A DNA stretch of 63,600 nucleotides, filler included, from Octopus bimaculoides (lineage: Eukaryota): the NCBI RefSeq assembly GCF_001194135.2. It is 5 parts of 5 records of this genome, joined end to end, with 100 filler letters (N's around TTAATTAATTAA, not from the genome) between each part and the next. Parts side by side here need not be neighbours in the genome. Positions count along the whole stretch, not along the records: positions 22,259 to 32,254 come from NC_068998.1; positions 32,355 to 49,500 come from NC_068983.1; 3 more parts are not named here. One strand, given 5' to 3'. Positions within the stretch are counted from its first letter, which is position 1; the number at the start of each line of letters is the position of its first letter. The translations under genes and the position numbers were made by a program. The notes below the pieces were generated by a model. The model had not been told where the DNA came from, did no database searches, and was given only the letters and a program-made list of their open reading frames with translations. Below are positions 24,630 through 37,329 of the stretch, piece by piece.

Positions 24630-24919
24630 GTATATGTGTGTGTATATATATATATACATGTAAATGTATATGAATGTGTGTGCATGTGTATTGCGTGTTG
24701 TGTATGTGCATGTGTGTGTATGAAAATGATTTTATGCAGATACATATAAATATACATGTATGTGTGTATATATATGTGTCTGTGTATGTGTGCGTTTGAT
24801 ATTATATATACACAATTATATAAACGTATTATTATTAGCATTATTATTATAAATAAATTATTTTCGTGCAATAATAGCGATTTCTGATTTAGGTACAAAG
24901 GTAAGAAGTGTGAGCGGAG

Positions 24920-25075
24920 TGAGTTAATTGATGCTAATTGACCCCAGCATTTGACTGGAACTTTATTTTGTCGACCCCGAAACGATAACAGCCAGAGTTA
25001 GACTCGGTTGGATTTGAACATAGAAGGTAAGGTCGGAACAAACAAGCGTGCTGTGAATTATAATTCGTCGCCTTA
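24920..25075 (-). mobile_element. SINE family A, degenerate
   Basis: Reverse complement has aaggcgacgaatt.., tgttcaaatcc and cggggtcgacaaaataaagttccagtcaaatgctggggtc. Confidence 0.7.
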
Positions 25076-25111
25076 GAAATAAAATTGTCTTTTTGTTCGT
25101 TGTGTAGGGCA

Positions 25112-25184
25112 ACCGAAATAGTTCAGGTGGGAGAGCGATAAACAGATGATCGAAAGGTTCATGGTTCGATTTCGACGCCCGCTA
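25112..25184 (+). pseudogene. Degenerate tRNA-Phe-like sequence (pseudo-tRNA or SINE head)
   Basis: Gapless alignment to the animal tRNA-Phe(GAA) sequence as I recall it (GCCGAAATAGCTCAGTTGGGAGAGCGTTAGACTGAAGATC..): 54/73 identical by hand count. The acceptor stem and anticodon loop are broken. Confidence 0.75.
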
Positions 25185-25959
25185 TAGTCACCTTAATTTT
25201 GGTTTTTACTAACGGCCATGCCCCGGCATGGCCGCAGTTTTTGTGTTGAAACAGGTAAAAGAAAAGAAGAAAAGAATATTTTCGTCTTTAATTTTGAAAT
25301 TCTATATAGTATGAGTGTGTGATGTATGTATGAGATTGTGTATGCATATATATGCATGTGTATCTGTGTGTCTGCGTGCGTATGAGTGCGTGAGGGTGTA
25401 TCTATCTATAAATATATATAGTGTGCTGTTACATGATCAACAAAGAAAGTACTTCATCTGGTGAGAGATAAATGCAATGTAATAAACACAATATATGTTT
25501 CTATGTTCTTTCATTAGTTTCATGTGCTGATAGCAAACAGGCAGTATTTTTTTTACACGTCTGGTGTCCTAACACAATCATCAGGCACTGTCCACATGGC
25601 ATAACGAACAAAAAATGGGACAATAGGATGGAAGAAAAAGCGAGAAAATGCGAGAAAATGCGAGAAAGAAGTAGACTGGGCAGTGTCTGAAGATTGTGCT
25701 AGGACACCAGACGCGTAAAAAATACTGTCAGCATTTTCTTGATACCCCCTCTAGTTTTGAGGGGATATCTGGCTGTTATTTCTAGCAGCCGGAGCGATCG
25801 CGTTGAAGTCTAGTCTTTGACTTGCTCTTGACTAATATTTTCTAGTCTAAACTCTCTAGTTTTGATATCACGAACAACTACCTATGATCTATTTCCATCT
25901 ATATTTAATCAGTTAGTAAGGTATTGGGGTGTTTTAGATAAGGTCTGGTGAGTCGATAA

Positions 25960-26078
<119 letters not shown>

Positions 26079-26357
26079 ATCTCATCGATCTTTGTCTACG
26101 CTTGGCCTGATTGTTCACCTTTGATTACTTTTTGCAGACTCCACTGAGAAAACAACAAACTTCAGTTTTATATACGACAGACAGACAGACAGATATAATA
26201 AACAGGCAGATAGGACAAACAGACAGACTGACAGTTAAATAAAGAGAAAGGCTGATCATATTTAGAAATGGCTTTAGTTCTTCATGAATTTTTAGTTTTC
26301 AATCCAAGCCGCCATATCATTCATATATATATATATATAAATATATATATGTATATA

Positions 26358-26419
<62 letters not shown>

Positions 26420-26879
26420 TATATATATACATATATATACATACATATATATACATACACATATATATACATACACATATATATATACATACACATATGT
26501 ATGCATGTATGTATGTACGTATGTATGTGTGAGTGTGTGCGTGTGTGTGTGTGGGTATTTGTGTACTCGATTCAGAATTAAAAGCAGCGCTACCGTTCTA
26601 AACCTTATCGACCGCACATACTCTTTGTATGCGTTTTGATAGTTCGTTGGTTCACTGCAGTATAGCACTTTGGGGACGACTCCTTCGTATCACCGGATAT
26701 TAAACACCTGAAAATCGGAGACAGGTGAGACAACTCACCTCCAATCCCATTCAGGACTGATCGATAGCGATATTTCACCAGTTTTGTGGCTTATCAATAT
26801 CACGAACCTGAATCGAACCGGGGACGAACTAAATCGCCAGTCTATGGCTGGATATAAATAGCGTAAGAACCATTTGCTC

Positions 26880-27125
26880 GTATGCCAGGGCGATGACAAG
26901 TTAGTTTAAATTCAATTGCAAGTTAAAAGCAGCCCTTCACCCAGACGGGGAACCGACACTGGGACAAACGGACGGAAAGAGGGCTGCACCAGTACAAGGC
27001 TCCTATTGATTGCAACTGAGTCAGATGGAGCAACGTAAAATAGAATGATTTATTAGCCACCTAGTGTCGGGATTGAACCCATGAACGTACAATCGTGGGC
27101 GCACCGCCATAAGCTACGGGATTGC
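26880..27125 (-). mobile_element. tRNA-headed SINE (family C-like), degenerate
   Basis: Reverse complement has gggttcaatcccg (B box) and attttacgttgctccatctgactcag, similar to 30156-30407. Confidence 0.55.
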
Positions 27126-27265
27126 TGAATGAATTTGTATGAAAGTAGATGTGTATGCGTGAGTATAGATGGTTTCGCATGAGACATAACTAAATATTCC
27201 GATTAAAAACAATATTAAAACATACAAACAAGCAATAACAAGCTTTCTATCTATCTACCTATCTA

Positions 27266-27316
<51 letters not shown>

Positions 27317-29225
27317 NNNNNNNNNNNNNNNNNNNNNNNNNNNNNNNNNNNNNNNNNNNNNNNNNNNNNNNNNNNNNNNNNNNNNNNNNNNNNNNNNNNN
27401 NNNNNNNNNNNNNNNNNNNNNNNNNNNNNNNNNNNNNNNNNNNNNNNNNNNNNNNNNNNNNNNNNNNNNNNNNNNNNNNNNNNNNNNNNNNNNNNNNNNN
27501 NNNNNNNNNNNNNNNNNNNNNNNNNNNNNNNNNNNNNNNNNNNNNNNNNNNNNNNNNNNNNNNNNNNNNNNNNNNNNNNNNNNNNNNNNNNNNNNNNNNN
27601 NNNNNNNNNNNNNNNNNNNNNNNNNNNNNNNNNNNNNNNNNNNNNNNNNNNNNNNNNNNNNNNNNNNNNNNNNNNNNNNNNNNNNNNNNNNNNNNNNNNN
27701 NNNNNNNNNNNNNNNNNNNNNNNNNNNNNNNNNNNNNNNNNNNNNNNNNNNNNNNNNNNNNNNNNNNNNNNNNNNNNNNNNNNNNNNNNNNNNNNNNNNN
27801 NNNNNNNNNNNNNNNNNNNNNNNNNNNNNNNNNNNNNNNNNNNNNNNNNNNNNNNNNNNNNNNNNNNNNNNNNNNNNNNNNNNNNNNNNNNNNNNNNNNN
27901 NNNNNNNNNNNNNNNNNNNNNNNNNNNNNNNNNNNNNNNNNNNNNNNNNNNNNNNNNNNNNNNNNNNNNNNNNNNNNNNNNNNNNNNNNNNNNNNNNNNN
28001 NNNNNNNNNNNNNNNNNNNNNNNNNNNNNNNNNNNNNNNNNNNNNNNNNNNNNNNNNNNNNNNNNNNNNNNNNNNNNNNATATATATATATATATATACA
28101 TCTATACATAACTATATATACACATATAAGTGTGTATTTGTGTTTATATGTACATAGTTGTGTACACGCACACACATATATGTATATATCCGTTCATAGA
28201 TATATACGTACATATATACATACATATATACACCCACCGCCTCTCAAGTGTTCAAACAAGGCTTCAGTTACGCATGCGCATGCATAATACTATTAAATAA
28301 TTAGATTTGTGACACTAATTTCTGTTTTCTGTGTCCTTTTTCTTTTTTAAAACTTTACAATTCATTTAATAAATTGTTTGAAACAAATTTTCCAAAATAT
28401 TGATACAAATAACAAAAAAAGATAACAAGATAACAGACAAGAATAAATAAATATATTAATCTTCTGCAAACTATTTCGTTGTTAATTTTGCAAGAGTACA
28501 CCGCCATTTTGTGTGAAATGCCAAGTGGAGTATGCAGGCAGTAAAAAATGACTCCCTCTTGGCAGACATACAGTCAAACAAACCGACACACAGTTCTCTA
28601 AGCTAAAAGACAGAAATATATCAACATTTAAACGGTGCAATGTTTTTGTGGCGATATTCTCTGATATAATTGTGACATCATGGAGAATTGTCTTTGGTCT
28701 ATCTCCATGAACCATACGCTGTTATTTTGTATACCTAAACTTTTCCGGAACATTGGTATCAGAAAATGTTGTTTTTGTCGTTGGTTAGACCCTATGCCAG
28801 TATCATGTTCGGGCAGACCTATGAACAAATGCGTTCAAGCCATGATCACCACTTCATATTAATCTAGAGCTTCGTTATCATTCTTTTCTAAAAATGGCTG
28901 TTATTTGCAGAAAATTTAGCTGATATTGCTAGCAAATACAGCAATTACATAGAACCATTCTCTCTTATTAATTCTCATTAATTCTGCTTGTATGAAAGGG
29001 AAAATAGACGTATTTACCCACATCCTGCCCCTGCATGGAACTTTCATGGATAACTTTCCTTGTGCGATGAATTGTCTTCCTCGTTACAGACCAGCGAACT
29101 CTAGCGCCACTCGTCCTGACTGCTTGTGACGGGGCGGGTTTTTTTAAAAGAGACTAAGGATACGAGAAGGGATTAGACCGGGCGATGGATTAATGTTCAA
29201 GGTAGTCTCTAACATGGCTGAAGGC

Positions 29226-29420
29226 TGGATGGCCATAGCTGGAACATCTTTGACCATAGATCTGATCGATCAAGGATGGTTTGGAGTTAACAAAAACAGC
29301 AACAGACTATTATGGGCGAGATGGACACAGCTATTAGGCGTTAAATTGTTGTTCTTTAACCCTTGGTTGACCCAGCTTGATCAGAACTATAATCAAAACC
29401 ATTCTAGCCGTGGCCACCAA
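29226..29420. repeat. Inverted pair of a short dispersed repeat (arms 29226-29267 and 29379-29420)
   Basis: 30/42 gapless identity between arm 2 and the reverse complement of arm 1; a related copy lies at ~34520-34585. Confidence 0.7.
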
Positions 29421-30155
29421 GTCTTCTTCGGTTACCTAGGATTACATTATCCAATGTCTCTTCCCTATTTTAAAACATAGACTGGGGAAAATTTATCTGT
29501 TGTTTTTACTAAGTCAATCAATTAGAAGTTCTTTGGTTGACTCGTGAGAGTTATGTGTCTTGCCTAAGCAATTCATCCTTATGCCGTTGACAGAACTTGA
29601 ACTCTTGCGTTCGTTTCTGGTTGTCGTGTACACCGTATCCCTTCGGCCATCGTTGATTACATTTCTCCGATTGCTAATTACAATATGTCGGTGGTGAGTC
29701 CATCGATTCCTTAATTTAATTATGGCAACGAAACAAGAGTTGTTGGCGGTCAAAATGTTAAAGTTGGTGTCTGGAGTTGGATGAGTCAGAAAACTGGGTG
29801 TGTCTTGTCTCTCAAGACAGCATGCAACGATCCCCTTCCCTCGCGCACATATCGACCCAACCTCTACCCACACATACACCTCTACCCCAGTATTCTACAG
29901 TTTCTAGAATATTCAGTTACTGACAGTTGCACTGTGTTCCTCAGTGAAATCTACCCAACAACCACTAGTTTGATCAGAATCGATTTCATCTAAAACTAGT
30001 AATCTAATTTCAACCATATCGATTCCTGTAATTACATACAAATCGATTAATTTGTAACCATGTTAGGCTCAATAACCAATCACCCCACCCCCGTCCCATA
30101 TTCTACCAACTGTTGTTGTTGTTGTTGTTGTTGTTGTTCATCAGTTATAGTCTGT

Positions 30156-30407
30156 GAAGATGCATGGTTTAGTGGTTAGGGGCATTTAGCTGACGATTGT
30201 AAGATCAGGAGTTCGATACCCAGCAGCACATTGTGTCCCTGAGCAAGACACTTCATTTCACGTTGTACCAGTCCATTCAACTGGCAAAAAAATGAGAGTA
30301 GTACCTGTAATTCAATGGGCCAGCCTTATCACACTCTGTGTCATGCTGAACCTCCCAGAGAACTATGCGTACTTGTGGAGTACTCAACCACTTGCATGTT
30401 AATTTCG
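30156..30407 (+). mobile_element. tRNA-derived SINE family C
   Basis: Head gcatggtttagtggttagg..gagttcgatacc, CORE-like gtgtccctgagcaagacactt, then cttgtggagtactcaaccacttgca shared with 52975-53225. Confidence 0.8.
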
Positions 30408-30694
30408 GATCATCTGGAACATTCGTCGTGGTAAGCAGCAAGGTCCCAATTTCCCTTAGCAGTTCCGGTGATGAGATACGAAAACAAACCGTGGAGATTA
30501 TGTCTGGTCCGGAAATTAATAATGGATTTTCCATTTCTTTTTTCTTAACACCATTTCTTGTCTTTTTCGTCAAAGATTGTCATATTTCTGGAAATGAATT
30601 AGGTTCAGGAATACAATACAGTAGATTTGCTTAAGTTTTGTAATAATTAAGATAAGTAATTAACTGGCCATGTACACATACTACTTTATACACA

Positions 30695-30757
<63 letters not shown>

Positions 30758-31340
30758 NNNNNNNNNNNNNNNNNNNNNNNNNNNNNNNNNNNNNNNNNNN
30801 NNNNNNNNNNNNNNNNNNNNNNNNNNNNNNNNNNNNNNNNNNNNNNNNNNNNNNNNNNNNNNNNNNNNNNNNNNNNNNNNNNNNNNNNNNNNNNNNNNNN
30901 NNNNNNNNNNNNNNNNNNNNNNNNNNNNNNNNNNNNNNNNNNNNNNNNNNNNNNNNNNNNNNNNNNNNNNNNNNNNNNNNNNNNNNNNNNNNNNNNNNNN
31001 NNNNNNNNNNNNNNNNNNNNNNNNNNNNNNNNNNNNNNNNNNNNNNNNNNNNNNNNNNNNNNNNNNNNNNNNNNNNNNNNNNNNNNNNNNNNNNNNNNNN
31101 NNNNNNNNNNNNNNNNNNNNNNNNNNNNNNNNNNNNNNNNNNNNNNNNNNNNNNNNNNNNNNNNNNNNNNNNNNNNNNNNNNNNNNNNNNNNNNNNNNNN
31201 NNNNNNNNNNNNNNNNNNNNNNNNNNNNNNNNNNNNNNNNNNNNNNNNNNNNNNNNNNNNNNNNNNNNNNNNNNNNNNNNNNNNNNNNNNNNNNNNNNNN
31301 NNNNNNNNNNNNNNNNNNNNNNNNNNNNNNNNNNNNNNNN

Positions 31341-31343
31341 GGC

Positions 31344-31425
<82 letters not shown>

Positions 31426-31432
31426 ACAGACA
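31341..31432. repeat. (CAGA)n/(CAGG)n tetranucleotide repeat
   Basis: Direct reading. Confidence 0.95.
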
Positions 31433-32165
31433 GAGTGAAAGTCGGTTGCCCGAATCCAGTGAAGCGGTGACCAAGGAAAAGTGAGTCATTTGAATTGGGT
31501 TTTGTTGAGGTCTTCTCAACCAATTCATCATTCATTGAACGAGATTAAAATCTTATTAACGTTTAACAACTGTTTGGGACGAGATATTGAACACTTAAAA
31601 TATGGTGGCATGCTTGCTAAACAAATCACTGATCCACCATTGGATAGCAAGTGCCAGATCCAATATTATGATCTCTGCCATTCCGACAAACTGTTTGCTA
31701 TTTTGCCCCTACTCACCCAACCCCCACTCCCGCTCCACCAAATTATGACCCCGCCATATTTAAAAATACTTTCTTTTTCCTTGTTTTTCTTTTGGGTCCA
31801 CTCTACCGTTCAGTTCTTCCCCTCTCTTTCTCTCTCTTTCTCTCTCTTTCTCTTTCGTCCAAATAGTAAATTTGCTTTCCAGTGTGCTTATCTATGTATG
31901 GATGTGTATATATGTATGCGTATCTACTCATGTGTGCATGTGTATGTATGTGTGTGTGTCTGTGTATGTGTGTACGTATGTGTGTGTATGTATATGTGTA
32001 TGTATGAATGTGTGTGTATGCATGTATGTATGTGTGTGTATGTATGCATGTGTCTGCATGAATGTATGTATGCATGTGTGTATGTATGCATGCATGTAGT
32101 TATGCATCGCATGTATCTGGCTATTTCGGAGTCCTACCCTTCATTCTCACCTGCTAACACTATCC

Positions 32166-32254
32166 TTCTTCTTCTTCTTCTTCTTCTTCTTCTTCTTCTT
32201 CTTCTTCTTCTTCTTCTTCTTCTTCTTCTTCTTCTTCTTCTTCTTCTTCTTCTT
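32166..32254. repeat. (CTT)n microsatellite
   Basis: Direct reading; explains the poly-Leu ORF. Confidence 0.95.
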
Positions 32255-32354
32255 NNNNNNNNNNNNNNNNNNNNNNNNNNNNNNNNNNNNNNNNNNNNTT
32301 AATTAATTAANNNNNNNNNNNNNNNNNNNNNNNNNNNNNNNNNNNNNNNNNNNN
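32255..32354. other. Artificial scaffold join (44 N + TTAATTAATTAA + 44 N)
   Basis: Same 100-nt structure as 22159-22258. Confidence 0.9.
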
Positions 32355-32512
32355 GCCCCACGTGCTAGCCTTCGACCGCGTGTCGCCGACTTCCGATCTG
32401 ACCCTTCCGGTTTGGCCCTTCCGGTCTGGCTTCACCTCTGTTTGCCTCACCCCTCTCTACCACAACACATAGCTCGTCACAGCCCAAACACCACAATATA
32501 TATATACATATA

Positions 32513-32677
32513 TACGACGGGCTTCTTTCAGTTTCCATCTACCAAATCCACTCACAAGGCTTTGGTCGGCCCGAAGCTATAGTCGAAGACACTTGCCCAA
32601 GATGCCACGTAGTGGGACTGAACCCAGAACCGTGTGGTTGGTAAGCAAACTACTTACCACACAGCGACTCCTACACC
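32513..32677 (-). mobile_element. SINE family B (tRNA head, CORE-like accttgggcaagtgtctt)
   Basis: Reverse complement: ggtgtaggagtcgctgtgtggtaag..gggttcagtccc..catcttgggcaagtgtcttc..gtagatggaaactgaaagaagcccgtcgta. Confidence 0.9.
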
Positions 32678-34009
32678 AATTTATAGATATTTTAGAAACA
32701 ATATTGTAGCCCATGACATGATAAACCTTCTAACAATGACTGTCATGAGAAGCCTCTTCTTTGAGTTGTTTGTTGATGTTTGGTCAGGAATTGAACTCCC
32801 AAGTGTAGAAGTGAGAGTGCGTTGACAGGCTCATGATTATAGTTAGTGGGTAAAGTTTTCTTTATCAGTGAAATGGTCCTTTTTGGATGCAGCACAGAAT
32901 ACTTGTTTGTACGGCTGCTCCACTTTGCTGGATATGTGAATAGTACTCTATAGAGCAGCACACTTGTACTGCTTCTTATATGGCAAGAAACAAAAAATCT
33001 TCACCGCAGAGATAATTTTTGGCTCTGGTATAAAAGCCCATTTATTATGCAGTCTTGGCTATTTTATAGATGTGTGATCACTATTAACCATCATGAATAA
33101 TCGTGAGGCCAAGCATCTACAAAGAGTGCCAAAGTTTTAGATATGTTATCTTTTGTTCTTTTCTTCTTTGAAGAAAAACCTTGTTCGACATCTTAATTCA
33201 CTCCCCATGAAACTCAAACCTATTTAATTTATATTCATTTCATAGCTATGTCAGTATAATTTCTTGATAGACGTAATGACTATATTTTAGTGTTGTTGAA
33301 TGACACCAGGCTGCAGATTGGTCTCAGTGTCTCTATTCACAGACGTTATACATGTCTAATGTGAAGTGCCTAAGTTTACATGTGGATGATATTAGTGTGT
33401 GATTTAAAGGTGAAAGAAGCTATGAAGAAGTGTATTCAACAATAGTTTCACCTTGATTGAGAAAACATGGTCAAAAACACTTCAGTCATTCCTATCCTAT
33501 ATTTTATAACAGGAACTGCATTGTCCAGTATATCCTTCTTTCAGGTGGTTGAATAGAATTTGAGAGAAATTGGGCTTTTTGTAATTGAATGTATAGAGGC
33601 CTCCTCAATAGTTTGTACTATGATACAGAGGCTCTTTTGTTGACTGGTTGGATGTGTATGTATGAAGTAACAGTGAGAAGGCCATCATTGTAGAGAACAG
33701 AAAGTGTAGGAGGCATAAATGAATTTAGTTTGCAGTTAATTATTCATCAATTTAGTTTGTATCACAATTTGTAAACAATAGTTTTTGTGGTTCTTGATGT
33801 CCAATGAGCCAATTGCTAGTTCTCTAGATTTCTGATTGTCAGAGTGACAAAGAAGTGTCTAACTCAATAAAACAATTATCTCAAAGGACTTCATTCCTGA
33901 AGCCTTTCTGTTTTGCCTTTCTCACTGACTTATCTTGCACTGTTGCACTGATATAGATTTGCAAAAAATATGCACAAACACCACACACACACAGATGTAT
34001 GTATATGTA

Positions 34010-34190
34010 TGCACATAAAGGGTTTCTGTACAGTTTCTGCCATGCAAATTACACTCACAAAGTATTAGTTAGCCATCAAAGCTATAATATATAGAGCACT
34101 TGCTCAAGGTGCTTACTATGCAGCATGATCAAACTCAAACCTTCATGTTGGGAAGGAAATCCCTTAACCACCTAGCCATGCCTAAATTCA
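34010..34190 (-). mobile_element. Old SINE family B copy
   Basis: Reverse complement has aggcatggctaggtggttaagg and caccttgagcaagtgctct. Confidence 0.65.
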
Positions 34191-34212
34191 TGTTGGTAAC
34201 AGTTATTTTTTC

Positions 34213-34243
<31 letters not shown>

Positions 34244-34773
34244 CGTGCGTGCGTGTGTGTCTTTCCAGCTGAGGTTTGTACAGCAAGAGTGTATATGTGC
34301 ATATGACAGTAAATGCATGTTTCCAAATATGTACATATGTGCATGTGTTTGTGTATATATGTATAGACCCATTCACTCAATCATATACACTGATGAACCA
34401 GACATAGACTCTATGTATAGTCAGTTGACCAACTGAAAATAGCAGCCAATTCTCCCTCAAATCACTCACTGCCATCTCATATGCAGATGTGTATACTGGA
34501 CAATGTAGTCTCTGATATAAAAAAATGATGGAACAATCACGGCCTTTGATTTTAAGTCTGTCCAGTTAAGGCTGATCTGGTGCTAAAACTACAATTTACA
34601 TAAAGTCAGTGATATAATTTAGTGTTGATGTTCAAACAAGAACAGGTTTTCATCATAAGCATATATTCTTTTACATTATTTGCTTGTACATGTGAATACA
34701 TATATAAACATGCACACACACAATACTTCACTTAAAAGTGAAACATTACAGTGAGTTTAAATTATAGCATACA

Positions 34774-35000
34774 CTAGCAGTATAACCCGATGTTGTCCGG
34801 GTGTGACTTATTACACCATCTACGATAAGTCTTGCTAGGGGAAAATCAACTAAAAAAGAAAGCCTTACAACGAAAAAACCCTTATGATGTAAATATGTTC
34901 ATAATTCAAAAGACAATGAAATTAATAGGGAAAGTGTGAAGGCTGTTTTGCATAACATTATTAAGTGTACGTAAATTTCATCTGTCTAATTGGCTATACA
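34774..35000 (-). mobile_element. Non-autonomous Helitron 3' end
   Basis: Reverse complement ends cccggacaacatcgggttatactgCTAG|T (hairpin plus CTAG). Same terminus style as 42121; the 5' part runs into an N gap. Confidence 0.65.
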
Positions 35001-36384
35001 NNNNNNNNNNNNNNNNNNNNNNNNNNNNNNNNNNNNNNNNNNNNNNNNNNNNNNNNNNNNNNNNNNNNNNNNNNNNNNNNNNNNNNNNNNNNNNNNNNNN
35101 NNNNNNNNNNNNNNNNNNNNNNNNNNNNNNNNNNNNNNNNNNNNNNNNNNNNNNNNNNNNNNNNNNNNNNNNNNNNNNNNNNNNNNNNNNNNNNNNNNNN
35201 NNNNNNNNNNNNNNNNNNNNNNNNNNNNNNNNNNNNNNNNNNNNNNNNNNNNNNNNNNNNNNNNNNNNNNNNNNNNNNNNNNNNNNNNNNNNNNNNNNNN
35301 NNNNNNNNNNNNNNNNNNNNNNNNNNNNNNNNNNNNNNNNNNNNNNNNNNNNNNNNNNNNNNNNNNNNNNNNNNNNNNNNNNNNNNNNNNNNNNNNNNNN
35401 NNNNNNNNNNNNNNNNNNNNNNNNNNNNNNNNNNNNNNNNNNNNNNNNAAGAGAGAGAAAGAGAGGAAGGGAGAATGGAAGACAGTTATAAAATAGCAAT
35501 GTGTGCACGTGTTTATATAAGAAACACACAGAAACTAAATCTTATATCTATAATGTTGATGTGTGTATGTGTTTCTGTGTATGTTGTTGTCACAGATCAC
35601 ATATGTGTGGTTGTATGTGTTTTTATGTTTCTATGTTATGAAAAATATGTTAGAGGTAGAGGGGTAGAAGAAAGCTATTAAATGGGAGAGAGGAAGAAGA
35701 ACGAAGTAAGAGTGAAAAGGTAGAAGGAAAGAATAGTCTTAAAGCAACTTAATCTATGACTTTGTATGTATCACTTTCTCTCTCTCTCTCTCCCTCACTC
35801 TTTTACTGTTACCCTCTATATTATATGTTGAGTGCATGATCGATGTGTAAGTACGCCAGCCAAATCTCCCTTAAATCACACAAAGTAAATGGAATTTAAA
35901 AGATCTAATTACTGCACTGGAAAGTTCACATCGAGAAAATTCCATTGATGTAAGAATTTTTACGAAAAAGTGGAAAATGTTGATTTCTATAAACTTTTAG
36001 AAAGGCTTCACACTGATACACAACTTCAGCATTATATATTAAGATGGGCAACACACACACACACACACTAAATAAAAAAAGAAATGAGAGGTATTTGTAT
36101 GTATGTGTGTATTAATGTGTATTGTGTCTCTATATATATATGGTAGTAAGTAAATGCGTTTTAAGAAAGATATTCCAAAAATTCAGTTTGTAGGGAATAG
36201 ATGTTTGACTGCTGATCATATTTGGAAAAGAGTGACAGGTATTTGTATGTATGTGTTTATTTGTATGTATGTATGTATGTATGAGTGTGTATTGAAAAAT
36301 ATCTATATTTACACTTTAAAGTTGGTTTTCACACTCAACCCTGTTCTGCAGAATCAGTGTCGTGATGGGAGGTTTGTGCCCATC

Positions 36385-36540
36385 TCAACATTCTGAGTTT
36401 AAATTCCGCCGAAGTCGACTTTGCTTTCACCCTTTCGGTGTGTAAAAAATAAGTACCAGTTGAACACAGGGGTCGATATAATCAACTATTGTCCACCTGC
36501 CCCAATCCGCCCTTGTGCGAAAAATTGAAAATAAAAAGAT
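36385..36540 (+). mobile_element. SINE family A body
   Basis: ctgagtttaaattccgccgaagtcgactttgc..aaataagtaccagttgaacacaggggtcgatataatc. Confidence 0.8.
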
Positions 36541-36571
36541 GTTAGTAAGTAAATGTGTTTTAAAAAAGATT

Positions 36572-36693
36572 GCTAAATTTTCAGATTAACACCCGCACAA
36601 TTTTCACTACAGTGTTAGGGTTAGGATTTTAGGGTCAGGGTTAGGGTTAGGGTTAGGTAGGTAATCGTGTGGGTGTTAATCTCAAGATTTACG
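36572..36693. mobile_element. 122-bp MITE with ~30-bp imperfect TIRs, internal TTAGGG-like repeats and 8-bp TSD AAAAGATT
   Basis: Left end GCTAAATTTTCAGATTAACACCCGCACAATT versus reverse complement of right end CGTAAATCTTGAGATTAACACCCACACGATT. AAAAGATT at 36564-36571 and 36694-36701. Confidence 0.8.
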
Positions 36694-37099
36694 AAAAGAT
36701 TTTTAAAAAAAACTCAGTTTGTAGGGAATAAATGTTTATCGTTTGTATTTGAGAAAGATGTGTGGCTATTTTTTTTTTTTTGTGTGTTATCATGGTGAAG
36801 GACGGAGTTCGAAATATGAAAATGAAACCATTAAAGTGAAAGTATCTGTCATTAAACTATCGAAATGTGATTGTTTCAGTTTTGATACTGAAAGAGTTCT
36901 TTTACTGTCAGTGTTTTTCCTTCCTTTCTTTTTGTATTTGTTGTTGGATTGTTCGTAAAGGTTCAGAAGAGAAAGTAGGAGTTGAAAAGATTTGTAAAGG
37001 TAGTAGAAAGAGGAAATTAGATTCTATTAGGTGGGTGGGGAGAATGTTATTTTGTGTAGTTTAATGGATTTTATTCATAATTGTGTGTTATTTTGACGG

Positions 37100-37260
37100 A
37101 AAAAATGTACACACACACACACATGCATACATACATACATACATACATACATGCATGCATGCATACATACATACATACATACATACATACATGCATGCAT
37201 GCATACACACATACATACATACATACATACATATATACATACATGCATGCATACATCACA
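37100..37260. repeat. (CATA)n/(CATG)n microsatellite
   Basis: Direct reading. Confidence 0.95.
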
Positions 37261-37329
37261 CACTCAAAGTGATAAGTCGCGTATTTGACATGAGAAACTA
37301 TTGAAAATATGATGAATACTATCTCCAAC

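Noticed and set aside
25112-25184. Functional tRNA-Phe gene
   Set aside because: The acceptor stem cannot pair and the anticodon loop is mutated (ACAGATG instead of ACTGAAG).
32355-32495. CpG-rich segment with two ccttccggt(t/c)tggc repeats ending in CA, possibly an LTR end
   Set aside because: It is too short and cut by a scaffold join, with no PBS, PPT or second LTR to support it.
36615-36660. TTAGGG run as a chromosome end or fusion scar
   Set aside because: It is short, imperfect and enclosed by TIRs and a TSD, so it belongs to a MITE.
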